Below, piece after piece: positions 49,901 to 59,700 of a stretch of DNA of 63,067 bases. Each line of letters starts with the position of its first letter. The stretch's first letter is position 1. The stretch comes from Gammaproteobacteria bacterium (GTDB taxonomy: Bacteria > Pseudomonadota > Gammaproteobacteria > Steroidobacterales > JABDKV01). Position numbers and translations under genes: made by a program. The stretch is from the NCBI GenBank assembly GCA_024638445.1, contig JAHEKH010000004.1, forward strand, positions 1 through 63,067, in the 5' to 3' direction. A model generated the notes under the pieces. The model searched no databases. It was given only the letters and a program-made list of their open reading frames with translations, and was not told where the DNA came from.

Positions 49901-50450
49901 CTCCGTCAGGCGTCGCCAGCAAATCGCCGACGCGTGCTTCCGGCAACCACTCCGGACTCGTTTCCCGTTCCCATACCGGCTGCCCGTCGCGACTGACCAG
50001 TTTCGAGATACCGCCGCCGGCGGCCCACAACACGCCACCGGTCTGCTCGAAGTCCTGCACATCGCCATCCGGCGTGCCGGTATCGAAATGTGTAAAGCCA
50101 CGCTGATCTGCGCGCACGATGCCGCCATCGACGGTGCCGATCCAGAGTTGTTCCTGGTCGTCCTCAAATAGCGACACGAGCTTGTTGGTGCCCAGCTGCG
50201 GTGTATCGTCGACTTCGTAGTTACTGAAGCGAACGCCGTCAAAACGGGTCAGACCGCCATAGGTCGTCACCCACAGGTAGCCATCCCGGGCCTCGATGAC
50301 ATCAGTAACGGTCTGCTGCAACAGGCCATCACGAACGGTCCATCGCTGGTGATTGATGAATTCCGACGCCGCGGGCACCAGGCCGGCGGAGCTGTCGGCC
50401 GAGGCGATAACCCCGAGCGCCAGGACCAGGAAATGAAGCGATTTATCCAT
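46926..50450 (-). CDS. hybrid sensor kinase: periplasmic beta-propeller/Y_Y_Y, TM, HisKA, HATPase, REC
   Basis: Reg_prop repeats (D..G.LW); FRYRLAG/FTKVPPGTYDF; AHDFNN, NARDA, DNGVG, FFTTK..GTGLGL; receiver TDMVLP. Confidence 0.93.
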   Translation of the reverse strand: MDKSLHFLVLALGVIASADSSAGLVPAASEFINHQRWTVRDGLLQQTVTDVIEARDGYLWVTTYGGLTRFDGVRFSNYEVDDTPQLGTNKLVSLFEDDQEQLWIGTVDGGIVRADQRGFTHFDTGTPDGDVQDFEQTGGVLWAAGGGISKLVSRDGQPVWERETSPEWLPEARVGDLLATPDGVLWAATERGLLRNSGEGFELVDGGPAARDARGLALDDTGRLWLAAHHGLGYFDGRRVNPVHALRETVYSAVMDANGTLFVGAVSGLYGFDTANPTAAPERIHLPHDDESLGSGVTALRLDRAGELWVGTNTFGLIRISRVPFSQFEDPRGLQYGSVLHLAADKQGGVWLQGQDGWFVYAKDGSFARLDAPSQLSVPASATLLGVAGGAAWFADAGSTYRLQGSVDDGFNADVFEVGASGGVVEAADGRLWFGGDAGLQVFDGNRFEPRPLSGVEGRLHPRLQAIDGSIWFTGTGLVGRVFSTAGETGFELIGEDNPWLDSELRSLYQDASGTLWLSTYGKGLVRIRDGVLARIGRSEGLSELSLGGILEDDAGRLWINSNRGVMVIPVRIANNAVAGRDEMVPRFLGSPETNGPGAAVDDRGKMWFPTVRGLVVADPRELGPESLPPTVHVEQVILDNHPLQVVSPLHVPSGIQDITVEYTGISLREPERVQFRYRLAGYQDEWVDAGNRRTAFFTKVPPGTYDFQLAAVNGDGISRQLDQPIRFEVAAKFYQTTWFRIVAALLLLLLFFALHRLRLASLERNARALRAEIENRKKAERERALMERSLMESSRLEAVGRLAGGIAHDFNNVLTAVLGHAEQAQNKLREGDADSDAHLEGIIECSERAAALTRQLLAFSRRQVLMPRLVDMRSIIGDLLPMLKQLLPESIELTWTPPLQLPQVRVDPSQLEQVVMNLVLNARDALPDGGEIVLGVSCRNVTDEMLQPGPGEYVEITVRDNGVGMDPEVLARVFDPFFTTKTKGKGTGLGLASVHGIVVQSGGHIEVESRPQSGTTFTVMLPVQLSVPAARPVNIEPVPTPTTNLNGTEHVLLCEDDDASRAAIVSTLRSHGYEVSATATPGEALALTAHGRPVDLLVTDMVLPGMSGMQLARRVLQRCPTACLLFISGHRDGSVGKDLPADAVFLAKPFKPSDLLSVVRRQLDPRKKRRQSA

Positions 50451-50535
50451 GCGCGGCAGTATTTCTCTTTTGCATGCGCAGAATGCCACAGCGATGGCCC
50501 GGGAACACGCCGCTCCACTCAACGCGGCCCGCCAG

Positions 50536-50910
50536 CTAGTCACCCCAGCCACCCAGGTCGAGAAAGGGCCAGGTCGATACGTACAGGATAAACAGGGCGA
50601 AACCGATAAAAACGATGAACCGGACCGGGTACTGCCGGAACGAATCCAGCAGTGTGGCTTTTCCACCCGACTGTTCCACCTGTTGCCGCAATGCTTTGGC
50701 TTCCCTCTCGCGGATCTGCTGGTAATCGGCGATCAACTGCCGGGCCAACTCGAGCTGCGATTCATCGCGCAACCACAGCGCGCCGGCCGAAATACCCCAG
50801 TTGCCCGGTGGGGTGGCATAAAAATCAACGCCGGCATCGGTCAACACCTGCTGCAGGTCTTCGGCCTCATCGTCAGGAACGTTTCTCAGGCTGTAGAGGT
50901 GACGCGCCAA
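50536..50910 (-). CDS. DUF6164-like membrane protein
   Basis: LRNVPDDEA, FYATPPGNWGIS..ALW, C-terminal TM helix. Confidence 0.75.
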   Translation of the reverse strand: MARHLYSLRNVPDDEAEDLQQVLTDAGVDFYATPPGNWGISAGALWLRDESQLELARQLIADYQQIREREAKALRQQVEQSGGKATLLDSFRQYPVRFIVFIGFALFILYVSTWPFLDLGGWGD

Positions 50911-51052
50911 GTCAGACTCGCAATGGACTTTGATCCAACTAGTATAAAAGAGTCCCCGGCGAGGCGACCGGGCAAAGACGAACGCGGCGTAGTATGCACA
51001 GACCCGCCGCTATATACTTGATTCAAAAGCCCTTGCCGGAGAATACAGCGCT

Positions 51053-51235
51053 ATGGGGGTGTGGCTGGAATTCAAGCGACGCAATGTCGTTCGGTTCGGG
51101 GCAGCTTAGGTTGTGGTCGCCTCGATCATCGCCCAGGTGGCGGAACTGGCGGTGGACAGCTTCAACGCCCCCGACCGGGTCATCCGGACCGTGCTGCCGG
51201 AGCCGGATCCGCGCTGGGATATGTTTGCTCAATGA
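51053..51235 (+). pseudogene. remnant N-terminus of an 'ELKRRNV'-type membrane-anchored TolB-like/TPR protein
   Basis: reads MGVWLEFKRRNVVRFGAA*VVVASIIAQVAELAVDSFNAPDRVIR; in-frame TAG at 51107, then truncation. Confidence 0.6.
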
Positions 51236-51286
51236 AGTGCGTTTCCAGGCGTTTATCGATACAACGCTACGGGGTTGAACGACACG

Positions 51287-51685
51287 ATGAACAGGTCCTC
51301 GCCCGAATCCATGCGCTGTCCCAAGTGCCGGGCCGACATGGAGCAGATCGAGCACGATGGCATCGAGGTCGATCGCTGCGTCCTGTGCAAGGGCCTGTGG
51401 TTCGATGCCAGCGAAGTCGAGGCGCTGCGCGGCCGCAGGGCCGCCGCGGTGCTGGACACCGGCGATGCCTCGCTGGGGGAACGGACCAATGCCATTGACC
51501 GGTATTGCTGTCCACGCTGCAGCGGTGCAATGGTGAAAATGGTGCACCCGAAACAGAGCCATATCTGGTACGAACGCTGCAGCGCCTGTCATGGCTCGTT
51601 CTTCGATGCCGGCGAGTTTCGCGACCTGTCCCGTTTCACGATCTCGGACCTGTTCAAGTGGCTCCGGGTGCCGGACCGCAGCTAA
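51287..51685 (+). CDS. double zf-TFIIB zinc-ribbon protein
   Basis: CPKC..DRCVLCKGLWFD.E and CPRC..ERCSACHGSFFDAGE. Confidence 0.85.
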   Translation: MNRSSPESMRCPKCRADMEQIEHDGIEVDRCVLCKGLWFDASEVEALRGRRAAAVLDTGDASLGERTNAIDRYCCPRCSGAMVKMVHPKQSHIWYERCSACHGSFFDAGEFRDLSRFTISDLFKWLRVPDRS

Positions 51686-51712
51686 GGACAAGACTGTAGG
51701 ATCAAGCCTGTC

Positions 51713-51910
51713 GTGAAACCCGGGATTCTGGCCATTATCGGTATCTTCGTGATCTTCGCGGCGCTGGAAGCGCTGCGGACGGGACTGCTGCGCAAGCCCG
51801 GTCAGCGGCGCCGGGACGGCTGGGTGGAAATCGTCAGCTCCCTGTCGCTGGTGCTGTTGACTCAGCCGCTGGTGCACATCCCGCGCTTCGCCAACCGGGC
51901 AAAGCCTTAG
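51713..51910 (+). pseudogene. truncated membrane-protein fragment (sterol desaturase-like N-terminus)
   Basis: two hydrophobic segments (F..LE...D) ending abruptly at the kef stop; no His boxes present. Confidence 0.35.
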
Positions 51911-53688
51911 TCGACTTTCGCCTTGGCGTCATAATCGAAGACCCGGCGCAGCTGCGCAGCTGCCTCCTGTGCCGAGAGAATCAGTGCTTCCTCGTCGTGA
52001 TGGATTGCGTGCTGGCGTTGCAGGGTTTTCTCGTCGTGCTCGCGAAACAGCGCAGCGGCCTGATCGGCTTCCTCGATGCTGCTGCCGAGAGCCACGAGAA
52101 TATCCCTGCTGAGCTCGATGCTGGACAACAGCGTGTCACGAATCAGCCCGTCGACCCCGAGATCCATCAGCGCAAACGCATGCTGGCGGTTGCGGGCCCT
52201 CGCATAAATCTTGACGTTGGGAAAATGATGCCGGACCGCGCTGGCGATACGCATCGAATTCTCGATATCTTCAACCGCCAGCACGAAGACCCTTGCCTTG
52301 TCGACCCTGGCCGAGCGAAGCAACTCCAGGTTGGAAGCGTCGCCATAGTAAATCTTGTTACCGAAACGGCGCACAAAATCCACCTGCTCAGAGCTGTTTT
52401 CCAGGGCGGTAAAAGGAATGTTTTTCATCGTCAGTATGCGGGCGACGATCTGTCCGAAACGTCCGAAACCGGCAATGATGACCTGGTGATCGGTCTCCTC
52501 GATGTCGTCAAACGGCCGCTCCAGCTCCCGATCCAGCTGGGCCGACAGCCGATGACTGGCAATGTAGAGCAGCGGCGTCAGGGCCATCGACAAAGTAACG
52601 GCCAACACCAGCCGGCCGGCCACTTCCGGCGCGAGCACGCCGTTGGCCACGCCGAGGGTGAACAGCACGAAGGCAAACTCGCCGCCCTGGGCCAGGTTTG
52701 CCGCAAGACGAATCGAATCGCGCCCGGAGTAACCGAACAGGCGGCCGATCGGCACCAGCACCGCCAGTTTGACCACAATCAGCACCGCGGTGAGCCCGAG
52801 GATCAGCAGCGGCTCACTCAGCAGCAGCGTGAGATCGACGGCCATGCCAACGGCCACGAAAAACAGTCCCAGCAGCAGACCCTTGAACGGCTCGATATCG
52901 GACTCGAGCTGGTAGCTGTACTCCGAGTCCGCCACCAGGACGCCGGCGAGGAATGCGCCGAGCCCCATCGACAGGCCGAGCGAGTACATCAGCAACGCCG
53001 AGCCGAGCACCAGCAGCAGCGCCGCCGCGGTAAAAATCTCGTGAACCTGGCTGGATGCCACCAGCCGAAGCAGCGGCCGCAGCAGGTACCGGCCGCCCAT
53101 GATAAACGCGGCCACCACGGCGACTGCGAGCGCCAGCTGTTGCAGCGGTGAGCTTTCCGGCGAGCCGTCGCCGGCCGTCACGGCCAGGTAGGGAACCAGC
53201 GCGATCAGCGGGATCACCGCCAGGTCCTGGAACAGCAAAACGCCAAACGAAGCCCGGCCCGATGGTGAACGCAGGTCTTTTTTCTCGGCCAGCATCTGCA
53301 GCACAAATGCGGTACTCGACAGCGAGAGGCCAAAGCCGACGAGCACCGCAGCCGGCAGGTCGCCGAGCCAGTAGTTCGCGAGCGCGGTCAAAAGCAGACC
53401 CGTGACCATCACCTGCGACAGGCCGATGCCGAAGACCAGCCGGCGCAGTAGCTTCAGGCGCGCGGGCTGCAGCTCGAGGCCGATAACGAACAGCAGCATG
53501 ACCACGCCGATCTCGGCGAAATGCAGCACCGAATCGACGTCGGATACCACGCCAATACCGTAGGGGCCGAGCAGCAGCCCGGCGGCGAGGTAGCCGATGA
53601 CCGACCCGAAACCGAGACGCCGGATCAGCGGGACAACAAATGTGGCGGCAGCGAGGAAAACCACTGCCTGGGCCAGCAAAGACGACAT
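51907..53688 (-). CDS. kefC: glutathione-regulated K+ efflux antiporter KefB/KefC
   Basis: CPA2 TM domain (SLSSTA, LLFQD, QGGEFAFV) plus KTN domain GFGRFGQ, YYGDA, ARARNR. Confidence 0.92.
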   Translation of the reverse strand: MSSLLAQAVVFLAAATFVVPLIRRLGFGSVIGYLAAGLLLGPYGIGVVSDVDSVLHFAEIGVVMLLFVIGLELQPARLKLLRRLVFGIGLSQVMVTGLLLTALANYWLGDLPAAVLVGFGLSLSSTAFVLQMLAEKKDLRSPSGRASFGVLLFQDLAVIPLIALVPYLAVTAGDGSPESSPLQQLALAVAVVAAFIMGGRYLLRPLLRLVASSQVHEIFTAAALLLVLGSALLMYSLGLSMGLGAFLAGVLVADSEYSYQLESDIEPFKGLLLGLFFVAVGMAVDLTLLLSEPLLILGLTAVLIVVKLAVLVPIGRLFGYSGRDSIRLAANLAQGGEFAFVLFTLGVANGVLAPEVAGRLVLAVTLSMALTPLLYIASHRLSAQLDRELERPFDDIEETDHQVIIAGFGRFGQIVARILTMKNIPFTALENSSEQVDFVRRFGNKIYYGDASNLELLRSARVDKARVFVLAVEDIENSMRIASAVRHHFPNVKIYARARNRQHAFALMDLGVDGLIRDTLLSSIELSRDILVALGSSIEEADQAAALFREHDEKTLQRQHAIHHDEEALILSAQEAAAQLRRVFDYDAKAKVD

Positions 53689-53872
53689 GGCAACCTCTTT
53701 GTGATCGTTCAGACGCCCGGGAAAACCGGGCTATCCCATTCTGGGGGCCGGTCGAGCGAAAAACCAGTACCGGCCAGCGGGGTCATCATCGCGAAAAGTA
53801 GCTGAAACCATACCCGACCGGGGTTATCATCCCGCCGCCCGCCAATGCGCGGGCTGACAACGGAGAAATCAC

Positions 53873-55324
53873 ATGTCGATGCGCACGGTCCTGGCAGCCC
53901 TGTTCAGCCTGCTGCCGATGCTGGCCCTGGCCAGCCAGGATGAAATACGCGAACTGTTATTCGAGGACGCGATGGCGGCGCGCGGCGCTGCCGACGCGGT
54001 GGCGGCCAAGACCTATTCACCCCGCAGCTACGAGCGTGGCGCAGAAACGCTGGCCGATGCCGAACGCGATTTCCGTATCAACCGGCCACTGGAACGCATT
54101 CGCCAGGGTGCCGCCGAGGCGGCGGTACACTTTCGCAGCGCCGCGGAAACCGCGCGCGCCGCGCAGGAAAGCCTCTCGGGGCTCATCAAGCTGCGTGAGG
54201 CGGCGTTGAGCGTCGACGGCGGCCTGGCTGACGAAGACAGCTGGCTGGCCGGTGAACGGCGCTTCCGCGAAGCCATCATCGAGTTTGAACGCGGCGACAA
54301 GAAGCTCGCGGCACGAAGGGCCGGCGAAGCCGAGGCACCTTACCGGCAGGCCGAGCTCGCCGGCATCAAGGCCCGCTACCTGAACGAGGCGCGCCGGGTG
54401 CTGGCGCAGGCGGAGGAGGCACGCGCCGAACGCTATGCGCCGACGACCTACGCCCGCGCAAAACAGCTGCTGGCGGTCGCGTCGAAAGAGCTGACGGAAG
54501 ACCGCTACGACATCGACCGGCCCCGCGATCTTGCCCGCCAGGCCGAGGTCGAGGCCCGTCACGCCCTTTACCTGGCCGACTACGTGCGGCGGGCACGCAA
54601 GGAGAAAATCGATGCCGAAGCGCTGATCCTGGCCGGCGAAGTGCCGCTGCGGCAGATCGCCGGGGCCGCCGACCTGTCGGTCAACTTCCACCAGGGCTAT
54701 GAGCTGGCCACCGTGGCCATCATGGACTACATCGAGGCACTGCAGGACGACCTGCGCAACACCCGGCAGGACCTCTACGAGCGCAACGCCCAGGTCGATG
54801 CACTGGAAACGCAGCTGGATTCGCTGGAATCCCGTCTCGGCGGAATCAGCGAGGAGCGCAAGGCGCTGGAGGCCGAACTGGCCCGCCAGGAGCGCGAGCG
54901 TGAGCAGTTCGCCCGCATTGAAACCATGTTCACAGACGACCAGGCCGATGTCTTGCGCGACGGTGGCGAAGTCATTATCCGCCTCGTTGGCACCAGCTTT
55001 CCCTCGGGGCAGGCGGCGATCGAACCGACCGCCTACGAGCTGCTGGGCACCCTGATCCGGGCCGTCGACATATTCCCGAATTCACAGGTCCGTATCGAGG
55101 GCCACACCGATGCCTACGGCAGTGACTCGTTCAACATGGAGCTGTCGCAGAAGCGCGCCGATGCGGTGCTGAACTACGTGCTGGAAAACTCCGACATCGA
55201 GGCGTTCCGGCTCAGCGCCACCGGCTATGGCGAAACCCGGCCAATTGCCAACAACGAGACCGAGGAAGGCCGGGCCCGCAACCGGCGCACCGATGTGGTG
55301 ATCCGCCCCCGCGCAACTCGCTGA
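53873..55324 (+). CDS. OmpA-family protein with helical/coiled-coil N-terminus
   Basis: signal peptide; IEGHTD, LSQKRADAV, GYGE..P, NRR. Confidence 0.88.
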   Translation: MSMRTVLAALFSLLPMLALASQDEIRELLFEDAMAARGAADAVAAKTYSPRSYERGAETLADAERDFRINRPLERIRQGAAEAAVHFRSAAETARAAQESLSGLIKLREAALSVDGGLADEDSWLAGERRFREAIIEFERGDKKLAARRAGEAEAPYRQAELAGIKARYLNEARRVLAQAEEARAERYAPTTYARAKQLLAVASKELTEDRYDIDRPRDLARQAEVEARHALYLADYVRRARKEKIDAEALILAGEVPLRQIAGAADLSVNFHQGYELATVAIMDYIEALQDDLRNTRQDLYERNAQVDALETQLDSLESRLGGISEERKALEAELARQEREREQFARIETMFTDDQADVLRDGGEVIIRLVGTSFPSGQAAIEPTAYELLGTLIRAVDIFPNSQVRIEGHTDAYGSDSFNMELSQKRADAVLNYVLENSDIEAFRLSATGYGETRPIANNETEEGRARNRRTDVVIRPRATR

Positions 55325-55331
55325 GTCAGAC

Positions 55332-55366
55332 GCCGGCACGCGGGCGTCACCGTCCGCGTGCCCGGC
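55332..55366. terminator. GC-rich hairpin between convergent genes
   Basis: gcacgcgggcg-tcac-cgtccgcgtgc; no U-tract. Confidence 0.45.
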
Positions 55367-56665
55367 TCAGGCTTCGCGCAGGTAGCCCCACGCGTGGAGC
55401 TTGTCGTGATCCTCGAACCAGCGGTCACCGATGTCCTTGCGGTAGTACATGTTCGGAATGAGGATGTTCTGGATCCGGTTGTAGGCCTGCGACTGGGCCT
55501 GCTTTACCGAGAGACCCGTACCCGTCACGATGAGAACGACGCCCGAGCTTCCGGTAATCAGCCACTCACCGTTGACCTCGCGGATGTCCTCAATGTGAAT
55601 TCCTTCGCGGTTCGGCTTGCGAAAAATGACCACGCGGTCGCGTGAATTGACGTCGAAAGTCTTTTCGTCGTTGTAGGGAAACGGCGGCACGACGATACGC
55701 ACACCCACCTGGAAACCACGCTTGCAGCGGAAGTTGTCCAGCGTGCCGCGCGCCATTCCGGCAAAAAAGTCGCCCAGCGGCATCGCCAGCCCGTCGCTCT
55801 GGATGCTGATCGTCGGGTAGCCGAACCGGGCGGTAAACTCCAGCGGGTAAATGCCCTTGCCGTTGACGATGCAATTGACGTCGATATAGCCCACGTAGCC
55901 TTCTTCGGCCAGGCGCTGCTCCAGTTTTCCGAGTGTCGCGGCAAAGATCCGGTTCGGTTCGCTCCAGTACATGCAGGTGCCCATTTCCCCGGTGGACGGC
56001 CCGATGTCGCCCGGGAACAACAGCTTGTGCTCGAAGTTGACGTTGATCGGGTGCATGAAGCGCTTGCCGTTGAAAAACGCGCCGACGGCAACCTCGACAC
56101 CGCGCACTCGTTTCTGCAGCTGGAATACCTTGACCGTATCGGCATAGGCGGCCTTGTACGACTGCAGCACGTGAACGACGTCTTTGCCGTCGTCCTCGCG
56201 GCCCACGAACAACAGGCGCTTGATGTTCTGCGCCTCGCCGCTGGGCTTGATGACATAGGCGGAGGGATGTTTCTCCACAAAAGCGATGGCTGAATCGAAA
56301 TCGCTGAAGTCCTGGAACGGAATGATCGATACACCGTGGCGGCGCAGCTCCTCCTGGCCAAAGCTGCGATCGTCTTCGAGCTTGTCGGTGTAGGCGGTGC
56401 CACCTACGACGTGGTGACCCTCGGCCCGCAGTTTCTCCGCTTTTGCGCCCTGCCCCAGGACATCGTCGAAGATGATGACATCGGCCCAATCGACATGGGG
56501 CTCCCACTGATCGACCTTGGGCACCAGGCCGTCGGCGATGGAACGCTCGCTCTCGGCCTCGATGAAATAACGCACCTCGTGGCCCTCGCGCACCAGCTGC
56601 CATGCGATATCGCTGATCAGCGCATCGATCGATACGAGCAGGAACTTGTAGCGTGTGTCCGGCAT
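55367..56665 (-). CDS. divergent phosphoribosylamine-glycine ligase (PurD)-like ATP-grasp enzyme
   Basis: YVIKPSG, EHKLLFPGDIGPSTGEMG, LEFTARFGYP, YYRKDIG; lacks the N-terminal GSGGREHA. Confidence 0.8.
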   Translation of the reverse strand: MPDTRYKFLLVSIDALISDIAWQLVREGHEVRYFIEAESERSIADGLVPKVDQWEPHVDWADVIIFDDVLGQGAKAEKLRAEGHHVVGGTAYTDKLEDDRSFGQEELRRHGVSIIPFQDFSDFDSAIAFVEKHPSAYVIKPSGEAQNIKRLLFVGREDDGKDVVHVLQSYKAAYADTVKVFQLQKRVRGVEVAVGAFFNGKRFMHPINVNFEHKLLFPGDIGPSTGEMGTCMYWSEPNRIFAATLGKLEQRLAEEGYVGYIDVNCIVNGKGIYPLEFTARFGYPTISIQSDGLAMPLGDFFAGMARGTLDNFRCKRGFQVGVRIVVPPFPYNDEKTFDVNSRDRVVIFRKPNREGIHIEDIREVNGEWLITGSSGVVLIVTGTGLSVKQAQSQAYNRIQNILIPNMYYRKDIGDRWFEDHDKLHAWGYLREA

Positions 56666-56737
56666 CTGCCGTTACCTCCGCGAAACGTTGCCGGCAGACG
56701 GGCCCGGATTGCGCGAATGATACGCCTGGCCGCGGAC

Positions 56738-59700
56738 TTAGGGGAGATATCCGAGCAGGAGCAGGCGCACGCTGTCGCCCGGGTTGATTGTCAGGCCGTC
56801 GGTGCGACAGTCCCAGGGATCGAGGCCGCTGCGGGGCGACAGGACCACCTGGCCGGTCGTGACATTCTCGCAGCGCGTCAGCATCGGCCGGCCGGCGAGG
56901 CCGATCGCCTTGCCGCCGACCTGGGCGCTACCGGTTGCCGTTCCCTCGAACAACATCACCACCCTTTCGCCGGGCGCGTACTCGAGACCCTTCCAGCCGC
57001 AGTCCCAGGCGCTCTTCGCGGACGCAAAAATCACGTTCGATGGCCGGTCGAGGTTCAGACAAATAACCCGGGTTCCGGCAACGTTGGTCAACGTCGCCCC
57101 AGGTCCGGGTGGCCGGCCGTAAACGACGTAACTGGCGCCTGCCTCCGAACGGCCGCCGGGGTCCGCCGCGTAGGCGCCGATGAGCAAATCACCGATCCCG
57201 TCGCTGTTCAGGTCGCCGGCACCACTCACCCATCGCCCCGCGCGATCACCGGGGGCAATGCCATTGAGAACGAGGCCATTCGTACCGTCGAGGCTCCCCA
57301 GCTCGAAGCTCCCGGCGCTGCCCAGCCCAGGCTCACCATAGATCACGTAAGCTGCGCCGGCATCGGAAGTGCCGTTGGGGTCAGCCCACTTCGCTCCGAT
57401 GAGCAGATCGTCGATACCGTCACCGCTGACATCCCCCGGCCCGCTCACCGAAAGCCCGGAGAGGTCGCCTGCGGCAACGCCGTTGATCACAAAGCCGTTG
57501 GGCCCGTTCAGCGAAGCCAGCTCCAGCGTGCCGCTGCTGCCGACACCCGGCGCGCCAAATACCACGTAGCTGGCTCCGGAGCGTGGACCAGTGGCGCTCG
57601 CCCGGTAAGCACCGATCAACAGGTCGTCGAGACCGTCCTGGTTGACGTCGCCGACGCCGCTCACTGAAAGGCCGGAGCGATCGTCGGCAGCGGCTCCATT
57701 GATCGTGAATCCGTTGCTACCGTCGAGGCTGGCGAGTTCCAGTGCTCCACCGGAACCCAGCAACGGCGCACCGAAGACGACGTAGCTCGTCCCCGCCAGC
57801 GACAGCCCGTTGGGATCGGCGAGAGCCGCGCCTATGACAATGTCGTCGACCCCGTCTCCGTTGATGTCGCCTGCCCCGCCCACGGCAAAACCCGCACGAT
57901 CCCCGGGTTGAATTCCGTTCAGGATGAATCCATTGCTGCCATCGAAATCCCCGGCCTCAATCGTTCCCCCGCTGCCGACAAAGGGCCCTCCAAAAACCAC
58001 GTAGCTCGAACCAGCATCCCAGATTCCGTCGGGTACGGCTCGCGGGTCGCCAACGATTGCATCGTCGAAGCCATCAGCGTTGACATCCCCAAGCGCACTC
58101 ACTGCGATACCGCGAGGATGCCGCTCTTCGAGCGAAAGTTCGCCGTTGAGAACCAGGCCGCTGCTGCCATCGAGTGCAGCGAGCTCAACTGCGCCACTGC
58201 TGCCCAGTCCGACGCTACCGAACACTACATAGGCAGCTCCGGAGTCTTCCCCGTTGGGTTCGGCGCCCGATGCACCTATGACCAGGTCGTCGATTCCATC
58301 GCCATTGAGATCCCGTGCGGTACTCACCGACGTGCCGGAATCGTCTCCGCTCTGGACACCGTTCACTACAAAACCCTCTGAACCGTCCAGGAGGGCAAGT
58401 TCGATCAGTCCGCCGGCCCCTACACCAGACCCGCCAAACACGACGTAACTCGCACCTGAGCCGTCTCCATTCGGATCGGCGCCGATGGCGCCCACCACGA
58501 GATCGCCAATGCCGTCACCGTTGACATCCCCGGCTGAATTCGCCGAGCAGCCCGTACGATCGCCTGCCGCAGCGCCATTGAGAGCAAAACCATTGGTGCC
58601 GTCGAGAGCCGACACGTTGAGCTCGCCTTTGTTTCCGGCGCCACCGAACACGACGTATGCCGCCCCGGCATCGGTGCCGTTCGGGTCCGCCCCGAACGCG
58701 CCGATTACAATGTCACTGATCGCGTCCCCATTCAGATCGCCCGCGCTGCCTACCGAGATTCCCGTGCTATCGCCATTGGCGTCACCCAGCACCGTCAGTC
58801 CATCGGTGTCCCCGAGAGTCGATAAACGCAGGAGACCGCTGCTGCCAATGTCGTTACGCCCGAAAACGACGTATCCGGCGCCCGATTCCGCGCCATGAGC
58901 GTCAGCCAGGTAGGCACCAACCAGCAAATCGTCTGTTCCGTCGTCATTGAAGTCGCCTGCGCTGCTCACCGCCACGCCCGCCAAGTCATTAGGTGTCGCG
59001 CCCGCTACGATGAAGCCGTTACTGCCGTCCAGCGTCCATAGACCGAGACTGCCGCTTTCCGCAACGCCAGCGCCACCGAACACTACGAAAGCCGCACCTG
59101 AGTTCAGACCGGCAGGATCGGCGCGGTGGGCGCCTAGCACGAGATCCGAGAATCCGTCGTTATTGATGTCACCAGCTCCGGCCGCGGAGTAACCGGTGAG
59201 AAAATCGACGCCGGCACCCATCAGGACAAACCCATTAGTGCCATCCAGCGATGACAACTCTAGGACACCGCTGCCGCCAACCCCGGTACCGCCGTACAGG
59301 ACGTAAGCCGCGCCCGCATAGCGGATACCGGCAGGCTCGGCAAAAGGTGCACCGATCACGAGGTCGTCGATACCGTCGCCGTTGAAATCACCCAGCGAAG
59401 CTACCGCAACGCCCGACCGGTTGTCCGGTCCCTCGCCATTCACAACGAAACCGTCCGTGCCGTCGAGCGCAGACAGCTCAAGCGTGCCCGGTCCGGCGAG
59501 ATGGGGGCCGCCGAAGACGATGTAGCTCGCTCCCGACTCATCATCATTCGGGTCAGCGTGCAGTGCACCGATGATCAGGTCGTCATTGCCGTCGCCATTG
59601 ACGTCGCCAGCCGAGGAAACCGAGATTCCCGTCGCGGTTTCCTGGGTCCGCCCTGAGGCGCCGTTTACGATAAACCCGTTTGAACCATCGACTGTCGACA

